A stretch of 64,000 nt of DNA from the human T2T-CHM13v2.0 reference genome, Homo sapiens (GCF_009914755.1 NC_060933.1), one strand, 5' to 3'; positions 1 to 20,479 are shown, counted from the stretch's first letter. The notes: a model not told the origin generated them from the sequence alone. A program made the numbers and translations.

Positions 1-1796
1 ACAATAAAAAGATATAAAAGGAAAACTACAGGCCAATATCCCTGATGAAAACAGATGCAAAAATTCTCAATAAAATACTAGCAAAGTGAATTAAACTGCA
101 CACTAAAAGGATTATATACCATGACCAGTGGAATTCATCCCTGTGATGCAAGGACAGTTCAATATATGTAAATCAATGTATTATACCACATTGACAAAAT
201 GAAAGGAAAAATATCACAAGATTATGTCAATAGATACAGGAAAAGTATTGGACAAAGTTTGGCATCCATTCATAATTAAAGCTTCAACAAAATAAGTACA
301 AAAAGAACTTTCCTCAACACAATTATAGCCATATATAAAATGCCCATGGCTAACATTATAATCAAATGTGGAAAAACTGAGAGCTTTCCCTCTAATATCT
401 GGCACAAGGCAAAGATGCTCACTCTCACGACCTCTACTCAACATAGTGCTAGAAGTCATAGCTAAAGTAATTAGAAAATAAAAAATAATCAAAGGCATCT
501 AATTGAATAAGAAGTATAATTATCTCTTTGCAAATGACATGATCATATATGTAGAAAACCCTAAAGACACAATAATTTTTAGAACAAATAAATGAATTCA
601 GTAGATTTGCAAGATACTATTTCAACACACAAAATCAGTTGCATTTCTATACCCAAACAATAAACTATCCAAAAAAGAAGAAAACAATTTCATTCACAAT
701 AGCAACAAAAAGAATAAAATACTTAGAAATAAACTTAACCAAGGAGGTGAAAAAGAAAATTATAAAGCGCTGATGAAGGAAATTAAAGACACTGAAAATT
801 ATAAAGCATCGAGGAAGAAAATTAAAGACATATATAAATGGAAAGATTTCCCATGGCCATAGATTGGGAAAAAATAATATTCTTAAATGTCCATACTGCC
901 CTAAGTGATTTACTGATTCAATGCCATCCCTATCAAAATCCCAATGTCAATCTTCATAGAAGAAAAAATAACATTTCCAAAATGCATATGGAACCACAAA
1001 ATACCCCAAATACCCAAAGCAATCATTAGAAAGAACAAAGTTGGAGACATCACACTTCTTTATTTTAAAGTATATTACAAACCTACGGTAAACAAAACAG
1101 CATGGTACTGGCATAGAAACAGACATATAGACCAATAGAACAGAACAGAAAACCCAGAAATAGAATAGAGAACCCAATGCATGGGTTCCTCCCAAAAGAA
1201 AATATAAGATGTTGAGTAAACATGTAAAAAACTTATCATCATAAATTATAAGGAAAATGCAAACTAAAGCACAATTACATACCACCAAACAACACCCACC
1301 AGTATTGTGAAGTTAAATTAACTGACATTATCAAATGTTGATGCAGATATGGAGGGAAAGGAACCCTCACATGCTGTCTGTAAGAATGTAGAGTAGTATA
1401 ACCACTGTGGATGATTCTTTGATGGGGCATCTCCTAACTCTGAATGTGCACTTGATGACCAGCAGTTCCACTCCTAGATCATATTTAACACAAGAAGAAA
1501 TCTTGGGAGGACACACCCCACCAGATACATATGTGCAAGTATGTGGTATACATATGAGCACAAAAGACAAGAACATAGCAACATTGTTACAATATCTAAA
1601 ATTTGGACATAACCCAAATACTCACCAATAATAAAATCAGTTTAGTTATTTGTCACATATTCATATCATAGAATAGTAGGAAAATGAAAGAGTAACTACT
1701 TCACACAACTACATGGATCCATTTCACAAAATGTGAGGAAAATAAGCCAAAAATAAAAGAGTGTAATTTTATTTTCTTTCTCTCTGGCTCAAAAAT
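1..1796 (+). mobile_element. Old L1 (L1M class) fragments: ORF2 RT region (~1-1180) and degraded 3' part
   Basis: Degraded ORF2 motifs (tctttgcaaatgacatgatcatatat = F-A-N-D-M-I-I-Y; aaaacagcatggtactggcata); many stops and frameshifts. Confidence 0.85.
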
Positions 1797-1808
1797 AGGC
1801 TAAAACTA

Positions 1809-2164
<356 letters not shown>

Positions 2165-2714
2165 TTAGGATACATTTTATGACCTGTGAGGTAGATAACT
2201 GGGTGTTTAACCTTCTAAAATTTTATCACTTTTGCAGTTTTCTGTGTATAAGTTATTTTTTGATAAAAATAGTAGATATATCAAAATGTTTACAGTATGT
2301 ATAACTGAGTTGTGGTATCATAGATGGTTTTTATTTTCTTTACGCTTTCATATACTTTTAAAATATGTAACGTTTAAGCATTTGAAAGTGATTTGCATTT
2401 TCTAATCACTTTGATGAAACCTTCTCCTCTTGATCTCTTTTGCCCTTTCCCTAAGTCTATGCCTTAGAACTGTCTTGTGTCAACTATTCCAGTGGTCTCT
2501 TGATCAGTCTTCTTGTCTCTATTCTTGTAAACAGGAGACAAAATTATCTGCCAAATGCTGGTTAGTTTTGTGGTCTTTAAGAGAATTCCTTAACTTTGAA
2601 GCAATTGCTCTTGGTAGCCCTTTACCTAGTCCTCATTTTTTTTTAAACCACAGCACACAAAACTAATGATACTCCTGTGAAACACACGAAAATGGAAATG
2701 TTTTCAAGTGATAG

Positions 2715-3445
2715 AAGCCAGACACGAAGGTCATGTGTTATATGATTTCCTTGTATGAAATATCCAGAATAGGTAAATCCATAGAGACAAAACACAGACT
2801 ATTGGCTGCCAGGGACCGAGAGTAAGGGGGTATAGAGGGAAACTGCTTAATGGTTACGGAGTTGTTATCAGCTGAATTGTAATACCTCCTGCAAAAGAAA
2901 AATTGGTATGTTAAAGTTGTAACCCATAGTACTTAGGAAAGTAACTCTATTTGGAGACAGGGTCTTTACAGAGGTAGATAAGTTAAAATGCGGTCATTAT
3001 AGTTGGCCCTCATCCAATGTGACAGATACCCTTATAAGAAGAGGAAATTTGGACACAGACACATACAAAGGGAGGACTACGTGAAAACACAGGGAGAAGA
3101 CAGCCATTGACAGGCCAAGGAGAGAGGCCTGGAACAGATTCTCCCTCATGGCCCTCAGCAGAAACGAAGCCTGCTGACACCTTGATCTTGAAATTCCAGC
3201 CTCCAGAACTGTGAAAAAATGATTTTTTTGTTTTTTAATCCACCCATTGTCTGGCACTTTTTAATAGCAGTCCTAGCAAACTAACTCAGGGGTTTTGCAT
3301 TGGAGTGATTGAAATGTTTTAAAACCAGATAAGGGTTGGTGTTTGCATAACACTGTGAATGTACTGAATGTCAGTGAGTTGGTTACTTCAAAGGAATTAA
3401 TTTTATGTCAATGTGAATGCCACTTCAATAAATTAAAAAGAAAAG
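2715..3445 (+). mobile_element. L1MB-type 3' end, interrupted by an MLT1B LTR
   Basis: tatccagaataggtaaatccatagagaca...ctgcttaatggttac continues after 3289 to cacttcaataaa plus A-rich tail. Confidence 0.8.
2863..3288 (+). mobile_element. MaLR solo LTR (MLT1B-like)
   Basis: TG...CA ends; ggtctttacagaggt, gccaaggagagaggcctggaacagattctccctc, tagcaaactaa; 5-bp TSD ggagt/ggggt. Confidence 0.85.
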
Positions 3446-3596
3446 ACACGCCACCCCCCACCCCCCCACCCAGCTTTCTTACCACACACCAGTCAGCCAG
3501 GCAATTTTCCCTTACAAATGAAAGCAAAAGACTGGAGGTTTATTCTCCAGAGAAGGTAAAAACAAAGATGCTCTGCACTGCCTTCAAAAAATCATG

Positions 3597-3990
3597 AGGA
3601 ATTTTGAGAGGCCATTGTCAGATTAGCCCATCATTAAACGTTAAAATATATCAACTTACAATTAAATAAATTATATTATAGGCACAGACAGTAAATACTC
3701 AAAATCCTCACTTCCTAATAATTTTACTATCTTTTATTATTATCAACAGTTTTGAGGTTATTTGTATCTACTGTCTATCTGTGGTGGAAATACTTCATAA
3801 TGATGTGACACTTCCCATCTCTTCTGAACTTTACTTCAGTGGTTATCATGTTGGTACCTTGACATTTTCTGTGGTGGAAATTTTTACTCCATGGAAATCA
3901 TCAAAAACTACAAATCAGGACGCTTCTTTCCCCACTCCCTCCCTGCCTCCATTCTCAGAGCCGGTTGTTAAACCTCTACTAGCACCCTGC
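3597..3990 (+). mobile_element. hAT-Blackjack DNA transposon fossil (MER63-like)
   Basis: aacttacaattaaataaattatatta...tactcaaaa...cacttcctaat and terminal agagccggttgttaaac...agcac match recalled MER63. Confidence 0.75.
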
Positions 3991-4749
3991 TGCTCACAAA
4001 TTCTAAGTATCATGGAGGTAAATCACAGTCTTGGACAAACAAGAATCCCCAACAGAAACAGCCTTTGGAAATGCTCTTCCACATTTCCTCACTGTATCCT
4101 GGCTTCCTCCTTGTTCACCACAGTGCTGTTGCCCCTGGAAGCCACCTCACATCAGCCAGGGAGAGTGAGGGGCCTGGGCAACAGTCCTGCATGCTCAGGT
4201 GAGCTCCTGGGAGAAGCTGCATCCCCAGCGGTGGCACCGACAGCTGGGGACACTCCCCACAGTGATGGCAAAACCATCTAGCGCTCGGGGTCTTTGCAGC
4301 TCCTGGCTGCCATGCTGGCAGCATCCTCTTGGCTGCCACTCGCTGTCCTGGCTCTCAGTTTCCTCTGTGTCAAGGCAGGAGCAGCAGGCACTGAGCCACT
4401 CTAAATGTTTGCTGGAGATGGAGCAACCTGGCCTGGTCGCAGCTGCAGCCGTGCTTCCTGCCAGAACCTCTCAGCGGCTGAGTCAGTGGGTTCATTGGTG
4501 GGATGGGAAGAAGCAGTCCATGAAAGGGCCTCCCAAGGTGAGCCTGGCTCTGACAGCCAAGCAAGGGATATCTGTTCTCCTTACCTGGGAAACAGACGTA
4601 GAGGTCAAAGGGTAGGCTTAAAGCCATAGTCATCATTCCCTATCTGGAGCCACCAAACCTGCCTCTCTCACTGGGGTAAAAGTGTTGACTTCTTTCTGAA
4701 CAGGGAGTGGCAAATCAAAGGCATTGCAGCCTCTTTCATCACTGCCGAT

Positions 4750-4935
4750 TGCTGATGCCAACCATGTGCCAAGTGCTTAATACGTCACCTTAAATCTTCT
4801 CATCCACCCTCAGAGGTAAGTGTTATTTTCCCTGTTTTACAGATGAAGAGAATCAGGCTGAGGAAATTACTTGAATAAACTCTCAAGGAGAGTTTGTGAT
4901 ACAGCCTGGATTCAGGCTCAAATTCCTCAGACTCC
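4750..4935 (-). mobile_element. MIR
   Basis: Core ttttacagatgaagagaatcaggct. Confidence 0.7.
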
Positions 4936-5102
4936 AAAGACAGTGCCCTTCCTGCTGTACTGCCCCTGTTCAGGCCCTCCCATCTGGACTGGTTCAGACC
5001 TTTCCATGTGGATGGCTGCTGCCTGTTCACCTCTCCTGCCCCTCTTCCCCTGCTTCCACACATCCTGCACACCACAGTCAAATTAATCTCTGTCTAAAGA
5101 TC

Positions 5103-5235
5103 TAGATACAGATGCAGACAGATGCAGATACAGATATAGGCATAGAAATTGACATAAACATTGACTTAGACATAGACATGGACATGGACATGAACACAGA
5201 CATGGACATTGACTTAGACAGAAACATGGATAAAC
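5103..5235. repeat. Degenerate hexamer repeat (GAYAYR)n
   Basis: gatacagatgcagacagatgcagatacagatata...gacatagacatggacatggacatg; period 6. Confidence 0.85.
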
Positions 5236-5269
5236 ATTTTGATGAAAGATTCAAAAGGTCAAGAATCAT

Positions 5270-6080
5270 GTCTGATTCATTTTGTGTCCCTAGAATCTAT
5301 CACAGTACCTGTTTCAGAGCAAGGAAGGTCTCCAAAAATACCGGTGGAATTAAGCTGAATGGACTATCGTTTCCCAAATAAAGTATTGGTGACTCCTACC
5401 AAATAATAGTATTAGGTACAGAGGCCTCACGTCAGCATCTGGAACTCTCCCCATCTGACCCCACCTGACCTTTCTCATATTAACTACACGTAGCCTACAC
5501 TCTAAGCATACATGTCTCCTTCGTGTTCCCTAAGCCCCACCTTGAACTTTCTTACCCCCATGTCATTGTTCATAAGAGCCTCCATTTAAAGGGCCCTCTT
5601 TAGCCCCACCTATCCCTTCTAAAATGTCATGGCCCATTTAAAATACTACTTCCTCCTTGAAGTGTCTCTCTTTATCTCTTTATGAAATGTAATGTTTCTG
5701 TCTTCTGAATCCCTTAGAGCTGTACATCGTTCTATGGCCTAACCTTTCTCTGACATAGATTTTAATCATTGAGATAATAATTCATCTTGTCTGGAATGTC
5801 CTTCATCCAGACTCTTTTTTATGTTCATGATTCAGTCTAATATCACCTCCTCTGTGAAGCTTTTCCAGCTCTCCCAGGCCAGTTAGTCGCTCCCACCTAA
5901 ATGCTTCTACAGCATCTGAACATCCTCCATTGAAGGACTGGTCATCATGGTTATGGCCCAATTGCTGTTATCTCTCAACTGCCAAGTGCCTCAGAGATAT
6001 AGGTGGTACCTTCTTGGACTTTGTCTTTATGGCTTCCACCACAGTTTCAGCAGTAATTGGTAAATGAATAAGTGAAAGAC
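5270..6080 (+). mobile_element. L2 3' fragments
   Basis: tcacctcctctgtgaagcttttcc; 3' end taaatgaataagtgaa. Confidence 0.55.
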
Positions 6081-6416
6081 AAGAAAGACACTGTCCCATT
6101 TTCCTGTGCTCCCAACCTTCTTTTTCTACCATTCTACCTGTTTGCCTTCTGTTATCAGTATGCTATTTGTAGGATCACAGGTGGAGGCATGGGAAACAAA
6201 AAAATAAGAAAAACTAAGCAGCACTCAAAAATATAGGAAAACACAACAGATCATCTGATCTGAGGGCACAAAAGCCAGGTTTTCAGTTACAATTAGAATA
6301 AATGGTTTTCATCAAATGAGTTGGTGGCAATGACTGTTAATTTATTTGTAGTTTCAGTATTTCCCTCAAACAACAGCAACAATAAAAACAATAAAAAATA
6401 AAAATAAAAAAACTAG

Positions 6417-6731
<315 letters not shown>

Positions 6732-7254
6732 CTAGAATATTATACTGGTTTATAATATATTTTGAACCCATTGTTCAAGATCACAGGTATGTCCTTTAGA
6801 GGAACAGCTGACTTGTGACATATGGGCAAGGAAATGTGTATTTTTATTAGAAGGTTATCCCTAGGCAGAAGCTGATAAGAAACACTTAAATGAATAGAGA
6901 GCACCAACTGACGAGGAACACAAAAGCCTTACTTGCAGGTGATGTATCTGTCATCTTACCTCCCACCACTTGGGGCAGCATAAAATGAGTTTTCCTGATT
7001 GATTTTAAAGGCAAAGCAGTTAAAAACAAAACAGTCAAGTCACAAATTCAACATCGCAAAACAGACAAATAGATTTGTGGTTGCTGCCTCTGGTTTTCTA
7101 GAAAGAAAAGCAGAGGCAGTAGAAGAACCATAAGCAGTAGACAAACTGGCCTTATCACCAGGGTCCTAATATGTCTTTTTTCCTCCCTTCTGTGCCTTTA
7201 CCCTGTACCATCTCTTCTACCTAGGAATCCCTGCTTCATATAATTTAATGAGCA

Positions 7255-7400
7255 TATTAGCAAACATTAGCTAAATCCTCCCAAAGATCTTTATGAGGCT
7301 GGTGTCCTCATCCCTATTTTACAGATGAGGCTAGTTGTTAAGACTTCACAGTCCTATAGCTGCTGAACCTAGGTCTGAAATCCTGGACTTTCCTGTTTCA
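7255..7400 (-). mobile_element. MIR
   Basis: catccctattttacagatgagg core. Confidence 0.65.
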
Positions 7401-8802
7401 ACAGCTGTCTCCACCATTTTCCTTTGTAAAACGCATACCCAAGGCACAACTCAAGGACATCTCAAAAGTGTCCTCATCACTCCTGGAAGGAGACCTTTTG
7501 TTCCCGAAATGTCTGTGGACTCTGATAGCAGTACTTTTAGTCACAAGCATTAATAATAGGCAAATGCTCCTTGTCCCGGATGCCCATGAGAAGTCAGCTT
7601 CTTGAGGGCAAGGATTGCGCATCTTTCTAGCCTTTATCTATGAATTCAATATTTTCCCTGAGAAATGCATGTCAGATATTCAAGAAAGTCAGAGAAACCT
7701 AGGGTTACTTTCAGCAATTAAAGCCTCTGGCCATAATTTGATGAATTAAAACTGCATGAAAGCAGAAGAAGACATTGAAAGTGCTTTGCTTATATAAATG
7801 CATTAATTATTGCTCTATATTCTAGCTTTCATATGAAGTTACAATTGATATTAAACTCATGGAGGAAATGTAAAGACCCCAAAATGGCTAAACTATGTAA
7901 ACTTGTGGCCCATATTGAGCTGGAGACACAAGTCAAAAGGTCTTCCTACTCACATAACTTTACTTACCTTAGTCTGTGGCACATAATCATGCTTAATAAA
8001 CATTAATTTGATAGACAGATGGGTTGGTAAATGGACACAGTGATGCATGAAACATTTAAGTGAGTATGTAAACAAATAAAACAATATTGCTTCTTTTTAG
8101 TAATGATTTTTGAGGAATATTAATAATAATGTTTTAAACCAAAAACAAACTAATCCAAACAATGCCATCCCTGGTAAGTTGTCTACAAACAAAGCAAAGC
8201 TCTCATGATCTCTGTAATTCTGTTTTGACAGTATGGCTTCTGTGTCTGAAATATCTACAATCCCTTTGTTTACAATAGCACCTTAACTGGGTGATTTAAA
8301 TGAGTAGAGATTGCTTTTACATTTTTCTACAATTATTTAAATGCACATTTCAATTTTCCTGAATTGTGCAAAAGTAATTTGGAAGATTAATTTCTGAAAA
8401 TACCTGCTGGAATTTGCATACACCAAGCATAATTATTATTGATATTTGCATAGTTCTCCCTGCCCACGTGCATGCACTATTACCAACTGTTATATAACCC
8501 ATGAAATTATTGAAGAAGTTGCTGTCAGTACAATATGGATTCATCAATAAATGTTCAGCCTCACAGAAGAAAAACAAACTTCACTGTTCAGCTGTAGAAA
8601 TGTGTCATTTCATTTTATTTATTTATTTGGGGGCAGAATCTGCAAAGATAAATCCAAAGCAAAATAATGTGGCAGTCTTGTGCAATAAAGATTAATGTTA
8701 CTGCAAAGAACCTCTGAGATTCCTAAGAGGTTGAAAACCCCATTGAAAAAGCTAGAAAAGCAATAGGAATTGGGAAATCTTCGTGGGGAAAAGAAAGGAA
8801 AT

Positions 8803-9097
8803 AGTCCGGGCTCGGTGGCTCATGCCTATAATCCCAGCACTCTGGGAGGCAGAGGTGGGCGGATCATGAGGTCAGGAGTTCGAAACCAGCCTAACTAACA
8901 TGGCGAAACCCTGTCTCTAAGTACAAAAATTAGCCGGGCATGGTGGCACGTGCCTGTAATCCCAGCTTCTTAGGAGGCTGAGGCAGGAGAATAACTTGAA
9001 CCCAGAAGGCAGAGGTTGCAGTTAGCTGAGATCGCGCCACTGCACTCTAGCCTGGGCAACAGAACAAGACTCCATCTCAACAAAACAAAAAAAACAA
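8803..9097 (+). mobile_element. Alu (AluSg-like)
   Basis: Full dimer; ggatcatgaggtcaggagttcg variant. Confidence 0.93.
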
Positions 9098-9391
9098 AGT
9101 AAATATACCCTTGCTACAGAGGGTTGGGGTATTAGAGTGTAGTCAGAGAGCTATGCCACACATGGCTAGAAAGAAAATTCACAGAGATTTGGACTGTGGG
9201 AATCACAAATTCTTGACGAATGTATGGACAGGTTAATTAAATGCTTATAAGGTGTTACACAGGAATGTGACATTTCTTTCCTTTAATCTGCTTGGATGGC
9301 AAAACCAAATGGAAAGAAATATGGACAGAAATTACGCAGGAGAAAAATAATAGAAAATACTTTTATAACACCTATCATGTGGTAGGCATTC

Positions 9392-9532
9392 CTTTTTTTT
9401 TTTGAGACAGAGTCTCGCTCTGTTGCCCAGGCTGGAGTGCCGTGGCACGATCTCAGCTCACTGCAACCTCCGCCTCCCGGGTTCAAGCAATTCCCTGCCT
9501 CAGCCTCCCGAGTAGCTGGGACTACAGGTGCC
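9392..9532 (-). mobile_element. 5'-truncated Alu (right arm only)
   Basis: Poly-T plus right monomer; TSD tgt(g/a)gtaggcattc at 9378-9391 and 9533-9546. Confidence 0.93.
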
Positions 9533-9619
9533 TGTAGTAGGCATTCTATTAATAGCTATATATATGTATATATTTAATTCTTATAATAAATAGAAGAATA
9601 TTTAATTCTCATAATAAAT

Positions 9620-10660
<1,041 letters not shown>

Positions 10661-10690
10661 ATGGGCTTATAGCATTAATTCTAGAGGAAG

Positions 10691-11120
10691 GTAAGTTGTT
10701 GCAATTTAAAATATGACCAAGGAATAAAATATCATATTATATATGTATATTATATAGGTACAATATATGTATAATATAATGGTGTATAATAAATATATAT
10801 TATATTTATAAAAATATATTATGTATTGTACATATATAATATATATTGGTGAGAATGTAAGTTGTTGGAATTTAAAATATAACCAGGGAATAAAATATCA
10901 TATTATATATATGTATAATATAATGTACTATAGATAACATATATTATAAATATATGCATATAATATATAGTATGTATACTATATATTATATATTTATACA
11001 ATATATAATATATACAATATATACTATAGTATGTATATAATAGATACATATATAATATAGATATATAACATGTATATAATGTATATTATACAAATATATA
11101 TTATATGTATATTATATATG
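10691..11120. repeat. (TA)-rich tract containing a 166-bp-period duplication
   Basis: ~58-bp unit gtaagttgttg.aatttaaaatat.acca.ggaataaaatatcatattatat at 10691 and 10857, each followed by degenerate TA repeats. Confidence 0.9.
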
Positions 11121-12416
11121 TGCCTATCATTGGCTGTTATATCAAGAAAAGTTTCAATTTCTCAGGGGGTGGGGCCAAGATGGCTGACTAGAAGCAGCTG
11201 CGATCAGAGGCTCCCATCAAAAAGAACCGTAATCAGCATGTGAATCCTGCACCGGCAACCCAGGTATCCATGCTCTCTCATCAGAATAGTCTAGGTGACT
11301 GGCATGATCCACAGAGAGGAGGGAAGAGAGCTGTGGTGCGGGGGCCCACCTGAGAGCCACACAGGGCAGGGGAGCCCCTACTCCCTAGCCAAGGGAGGTG
11401 GTGAGTGAGTGTGCTACCCAGCTGGGGAAACCGTGCTTTTTCCATGGAACTGTGCAACGCATGGATAGGAAAATCCCACTCGCAAACCCATGCCACCAGG
11501 GCCTAGGTTCCCAACCCTGGAGCCACGCAGATTCTCAACAGACTCTGCCTACTGTCTAAGCCATTTGAGCTCCTTGGGGGAGGAGCAGCAGCCAGCACTG
11601 GGACACATAACTGCCTAACACACGAAGCGGGGAAGGGTGCCATCCATCTCTATAGTTCCGGGCTGCACTATTCCCTTGTTGGAGCCAGGGAGGCTGGATG
11701 GCTTGGTCCCAAGAGCTGTCCCCCATAGCCCAACACACCTGCTGTGACAGACTGTGGCCAGAGAACCTCTTCAGGCCTGACCCTGACCCATCCTTCCTTA
11801 CTAGGCAGGGCCTCCCTGCAGGAACTCCAACAACTCCAGCCAGAGGCTCAGGGACAGGACCCTGATCTCCCTGGGCCTGATCCCCTAGGGGCAGGGGTGG
11901 CCACAGTCTCTGCTGACTAGCAGACTTAGCCTTTTCTCCTGGTAGTTCTGAGAAAGCCAGGCAGCCCAGACTAGTGGGTTTCCCCTGAGTGAAGCACACC
12001 CCCTCCACAAAGAGACAGTCAAAGTGCTTTATTAAACAGGTCCTGTTCCCCTGCCACCAAACTGGGTGAGACCCTCCAACAGGGTTGTAAGATGCCCTAG
12101 ATAGGACTGATCCTACTAGCATAAGGTTGGTGCCCCTCGAGGTCAAAGATCCCAAAAGAAGGAGCAGGCACTCATCTTTGCTGTTCTCCAGCCTCCTTGA
12201 GTGACATCTCCAGGCCTGGGAGCAAAACAGATGAATAGGGCCTGAAGTGAACTCCCAGCAAACCACAGCAGCCCTACAGAAGAGCGACCTGACCATTGAA
12301 AGAAAAACAAAGACAAAGCAACAATAACAGCATCAACAACAACAAAAAAAGCCCCCACAAAAACCCCATCGAAGGGTCAGCAGCCTCAAAGATCGAAACT
12401 AGACAAATTCATGAAG

Positions 12417-13440
12417 ATGAGAAAGAATCAAGAAAAAACAACACTTGAAACCCAAAAGGCCAGAGTGTCTCTTCGCCTCCAAATGATTGCAACACCTCTC
12501 CAGCAAGGGCACAGAACTAGATGGAGGATGAGATGGATGAATTGACAGAAGGCTTCAGAAGATGGATAATAAAAAACTCCACTGGGAGCCAAAGAAGCAT
12601 GTTCTAACCCAATGCAAATAAGCTAAAACCTTGATAAAAGGTTAGAGGAGCTGCTAACTAGACTAACCAGTTTAGAGAAGAACATAAATGACTTGATGGA
12701 GCTGAAAAACACAGCAAGTGAACTTCAGGAAGCATACACAAGTATCAATAACTGAATCCACCAAGCCGAAGAAAGGATATCAGAGTTAGAAGACCACCTT
12801 GCTAAAATAAGGCATGCAGACAAGATTAGAGAAAAAAGAACGAAAAGGAACAAAGAAAGCCTCCAAAAAATATGGGACTATGTAAAAAGACCAAACCTAG
12901 GGTTGATTTGAGTACCTGATGGAGATGGGAGAATGGAAACAAGCTGGAAAACACACTTCAGGGTATTATACAGGATAACTTCTCCAATTTAGCAAGACAG
13001 GCCAACATGCAAATTCAGGAAATACAGAGAACACCACTAAGATACTCCACGAGAAGATCAACCCCAAGACACAAAATCTTCAGATTCTCCAAGGTCAAAA
13101 TGAAGGAAAAAATGTTAAAGGCAGCCAGAGAGAAAGGCCAGGTCACCTATAAAGAGAAGCCCATCAGACTACAGCGGACCTCTCAGCAGAAACCCTACAA
13201 GCCAGAAGAGATTGGAGGCCAATATTCAACATTCTTAAAGAAAAAATTTTCAACCCAGAATTTCATATGCAGCCAAACTAAACTTCATAAGTGAAGGAGA
13301 AATAAAATCCTTTCAAAACAAGCAACTACTGAGGGATTTTGTCACCACCAGGCCTGCCTTACAAGAGATCCTGAAGGAAGCACTAAATATGGAAAGAAAA
13401 AAACAGTACCAGGCACTGCAAAACCACACCAAAATATAAA
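12417..13440 (+). pseudogene. L1 ORF1p, disrupted
   Basis: ORF 13007-13294 QIQEIQRTP...KMKEKMLKAAREKGQVTYK; frameshifts. Confidence 0.88.
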
Positions 13441-13502
13441 GAACAATGACACTCTGAAGAAACTGCATCAACTAGTGTGCAAAATAACCAGCTAGCATCA
13501 TG

Positions 13503-17618
<4,116 letters not shown>

Positions 17619-17899
17619 ACAATGAGAGCACATAACACATGGACACAGGGAGGGGAACAACACACACCCAGGGCCTGTTGGGGGATGGGGAACAAGGGGA
17701 GGGAACTTAGAGGACAGGTCAATAGGTGCAGCAAACCACCATGGCACACATATACCTATGTAACAAACCTGCATGTTCTGCATGTGTATCCTGGAACTTA
17801 AAGTAAAATTAGAAAAGATTCATCATTAATGATAATGGATATAAATCCATATTTCAAAGTTTCTTTGATCAATACAGTATTTCTACAGGCTCCACAACT

Positions 17900-19110
17900 T
17901 TTTCAGAAAGAGCCCACCATCTCTTCCCTCCACCATCCTATGATCTTTCTCCTCTCAGTAAAAGACGTGATCAGTCGCCCAGTCCTCCAAACTAGACACC
18001 TGAGAGTCTTCACCAATGCCCCATTATCCTTTATTCCCTAAATCTATCCATTCATCATTTTCAGTTATTTCCTTGTCATCCACCCTTTTTAGTTATCTTT
18101 ACCTTTTAAATACCACACATATCAGTCACAGTTTCTTTATCTTACTATGGCTGCCCTAATTTCAGTTGGCATTTCTTCCTCAGACTAAAACAGCCCTGCT
18201 TAAAATGCCAGCCCCACTGTTACTGCAATGTGACTTTGTACAAGTTGTTTAACCTGCTTAACTTCAGTTTACCCATCTGTAAAATGGGATAACAATAGAT
18301 TTTTCAGAGTTGTTGTGGTCATCCAATGAGCAACACAGGTAATGTTTCTGTACAGTGCTAGCACATAGCAATTAATTGATGTACCCTATTCTTATATTTA
18401 GCCTTCCTATTGCCAGACTCATGTCTCACCTCCCACTCACTGCAGTATCAATCCATTCACCATAGATTATATAAAAGTGATTTCCCTAAAACACAAATTT
18501 GACCAAATTATTCTCATGCTTAAAACATAGATTTTTCCATACCTTTTCATCAACTACAAGACCAATCCAGATGTTTTGTAGGACAGAAAATGTTTTGAAT
18601 GGATATCCTGTATTTCTATGTCCCATCCTACTGTTGCCACTCCTTAATGTGCCCTTTATTCCACAGATGTACTGAAACATTTACACCACTCCACATAAAC
18701 CACATTCCCTCCCTCTTCTAAGCCTTTGTATTTGCTGTTTCCACACACAGAATACCTTTCCCTGTCCACTGTCACCATTCTTCCAACTCTCATGTTGCAG
18801 CTTACCCTCCTATGGTCAATTCACATGATGATTCTGATATGAATTCTTGCCTAGTGTCCTGTATCTAAGGATAGAGTTCATCATTCTCATCATTTGTGCT
18901 CCCAAGGCCCTCTCCCTGTTCCTTGGTCATAACACCCTGCATGCTGTACTGTAATCATCTCCTCTACCACAGCCCACAGCACCCTGTACAGTAATTACCT
19001 TAGAAGGTATTTGCCTCACGAGATTGTGTGCTCCCTGAAGGAAGAGTCTGCCTCACCCCAGCCTCAAGATCCAGCACAGCAACATCATGCTTAACAAGGG
19101 CTCAAAGAAG
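17900..19110 (+). mobile_element. L2 fragments with an internal MIR (~18210-18400)
   Basis: MIR core cttcagtttacccatctgtaaaatggg; L2 motif agcctttgtatttgctgtttcc. Confidence 0.6.
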
Positions 19111-19236
19111 CCTTGGAGTGTGTCCCAGGTAACTAGGTTTTCAGTGACTTGTATGCTCATGTGTCTATGTGGGTTTTTTCCAGGAAACTGGCCAACATCC
19201 TGAAGTCAAACGTTTATAGGAAGCCTTTGGCTTTAC

Positions 19237-20390
<1,154 letters not shown>

Positions 20391-20479
20391 TGGCTTTACA
20401 TTTTAAAGGCTTTTAGAATTAGCAATGCACTAGCAGAAGGAAAATCTCAAGTTTTTTTCTAAGCACAACTACGAGATTA

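Noticed and set aside
3781-4615. 166-aa and 138-aa + ORFs
   Set aside because: They have GTG starts, the first begins inside MER63, and neither has homology or splice support.
11556-12296. 246-aa minus-strand ORF
   Set aside because: Antisense frame of a GC-rich L1 5'UTR with no recognisable domain.
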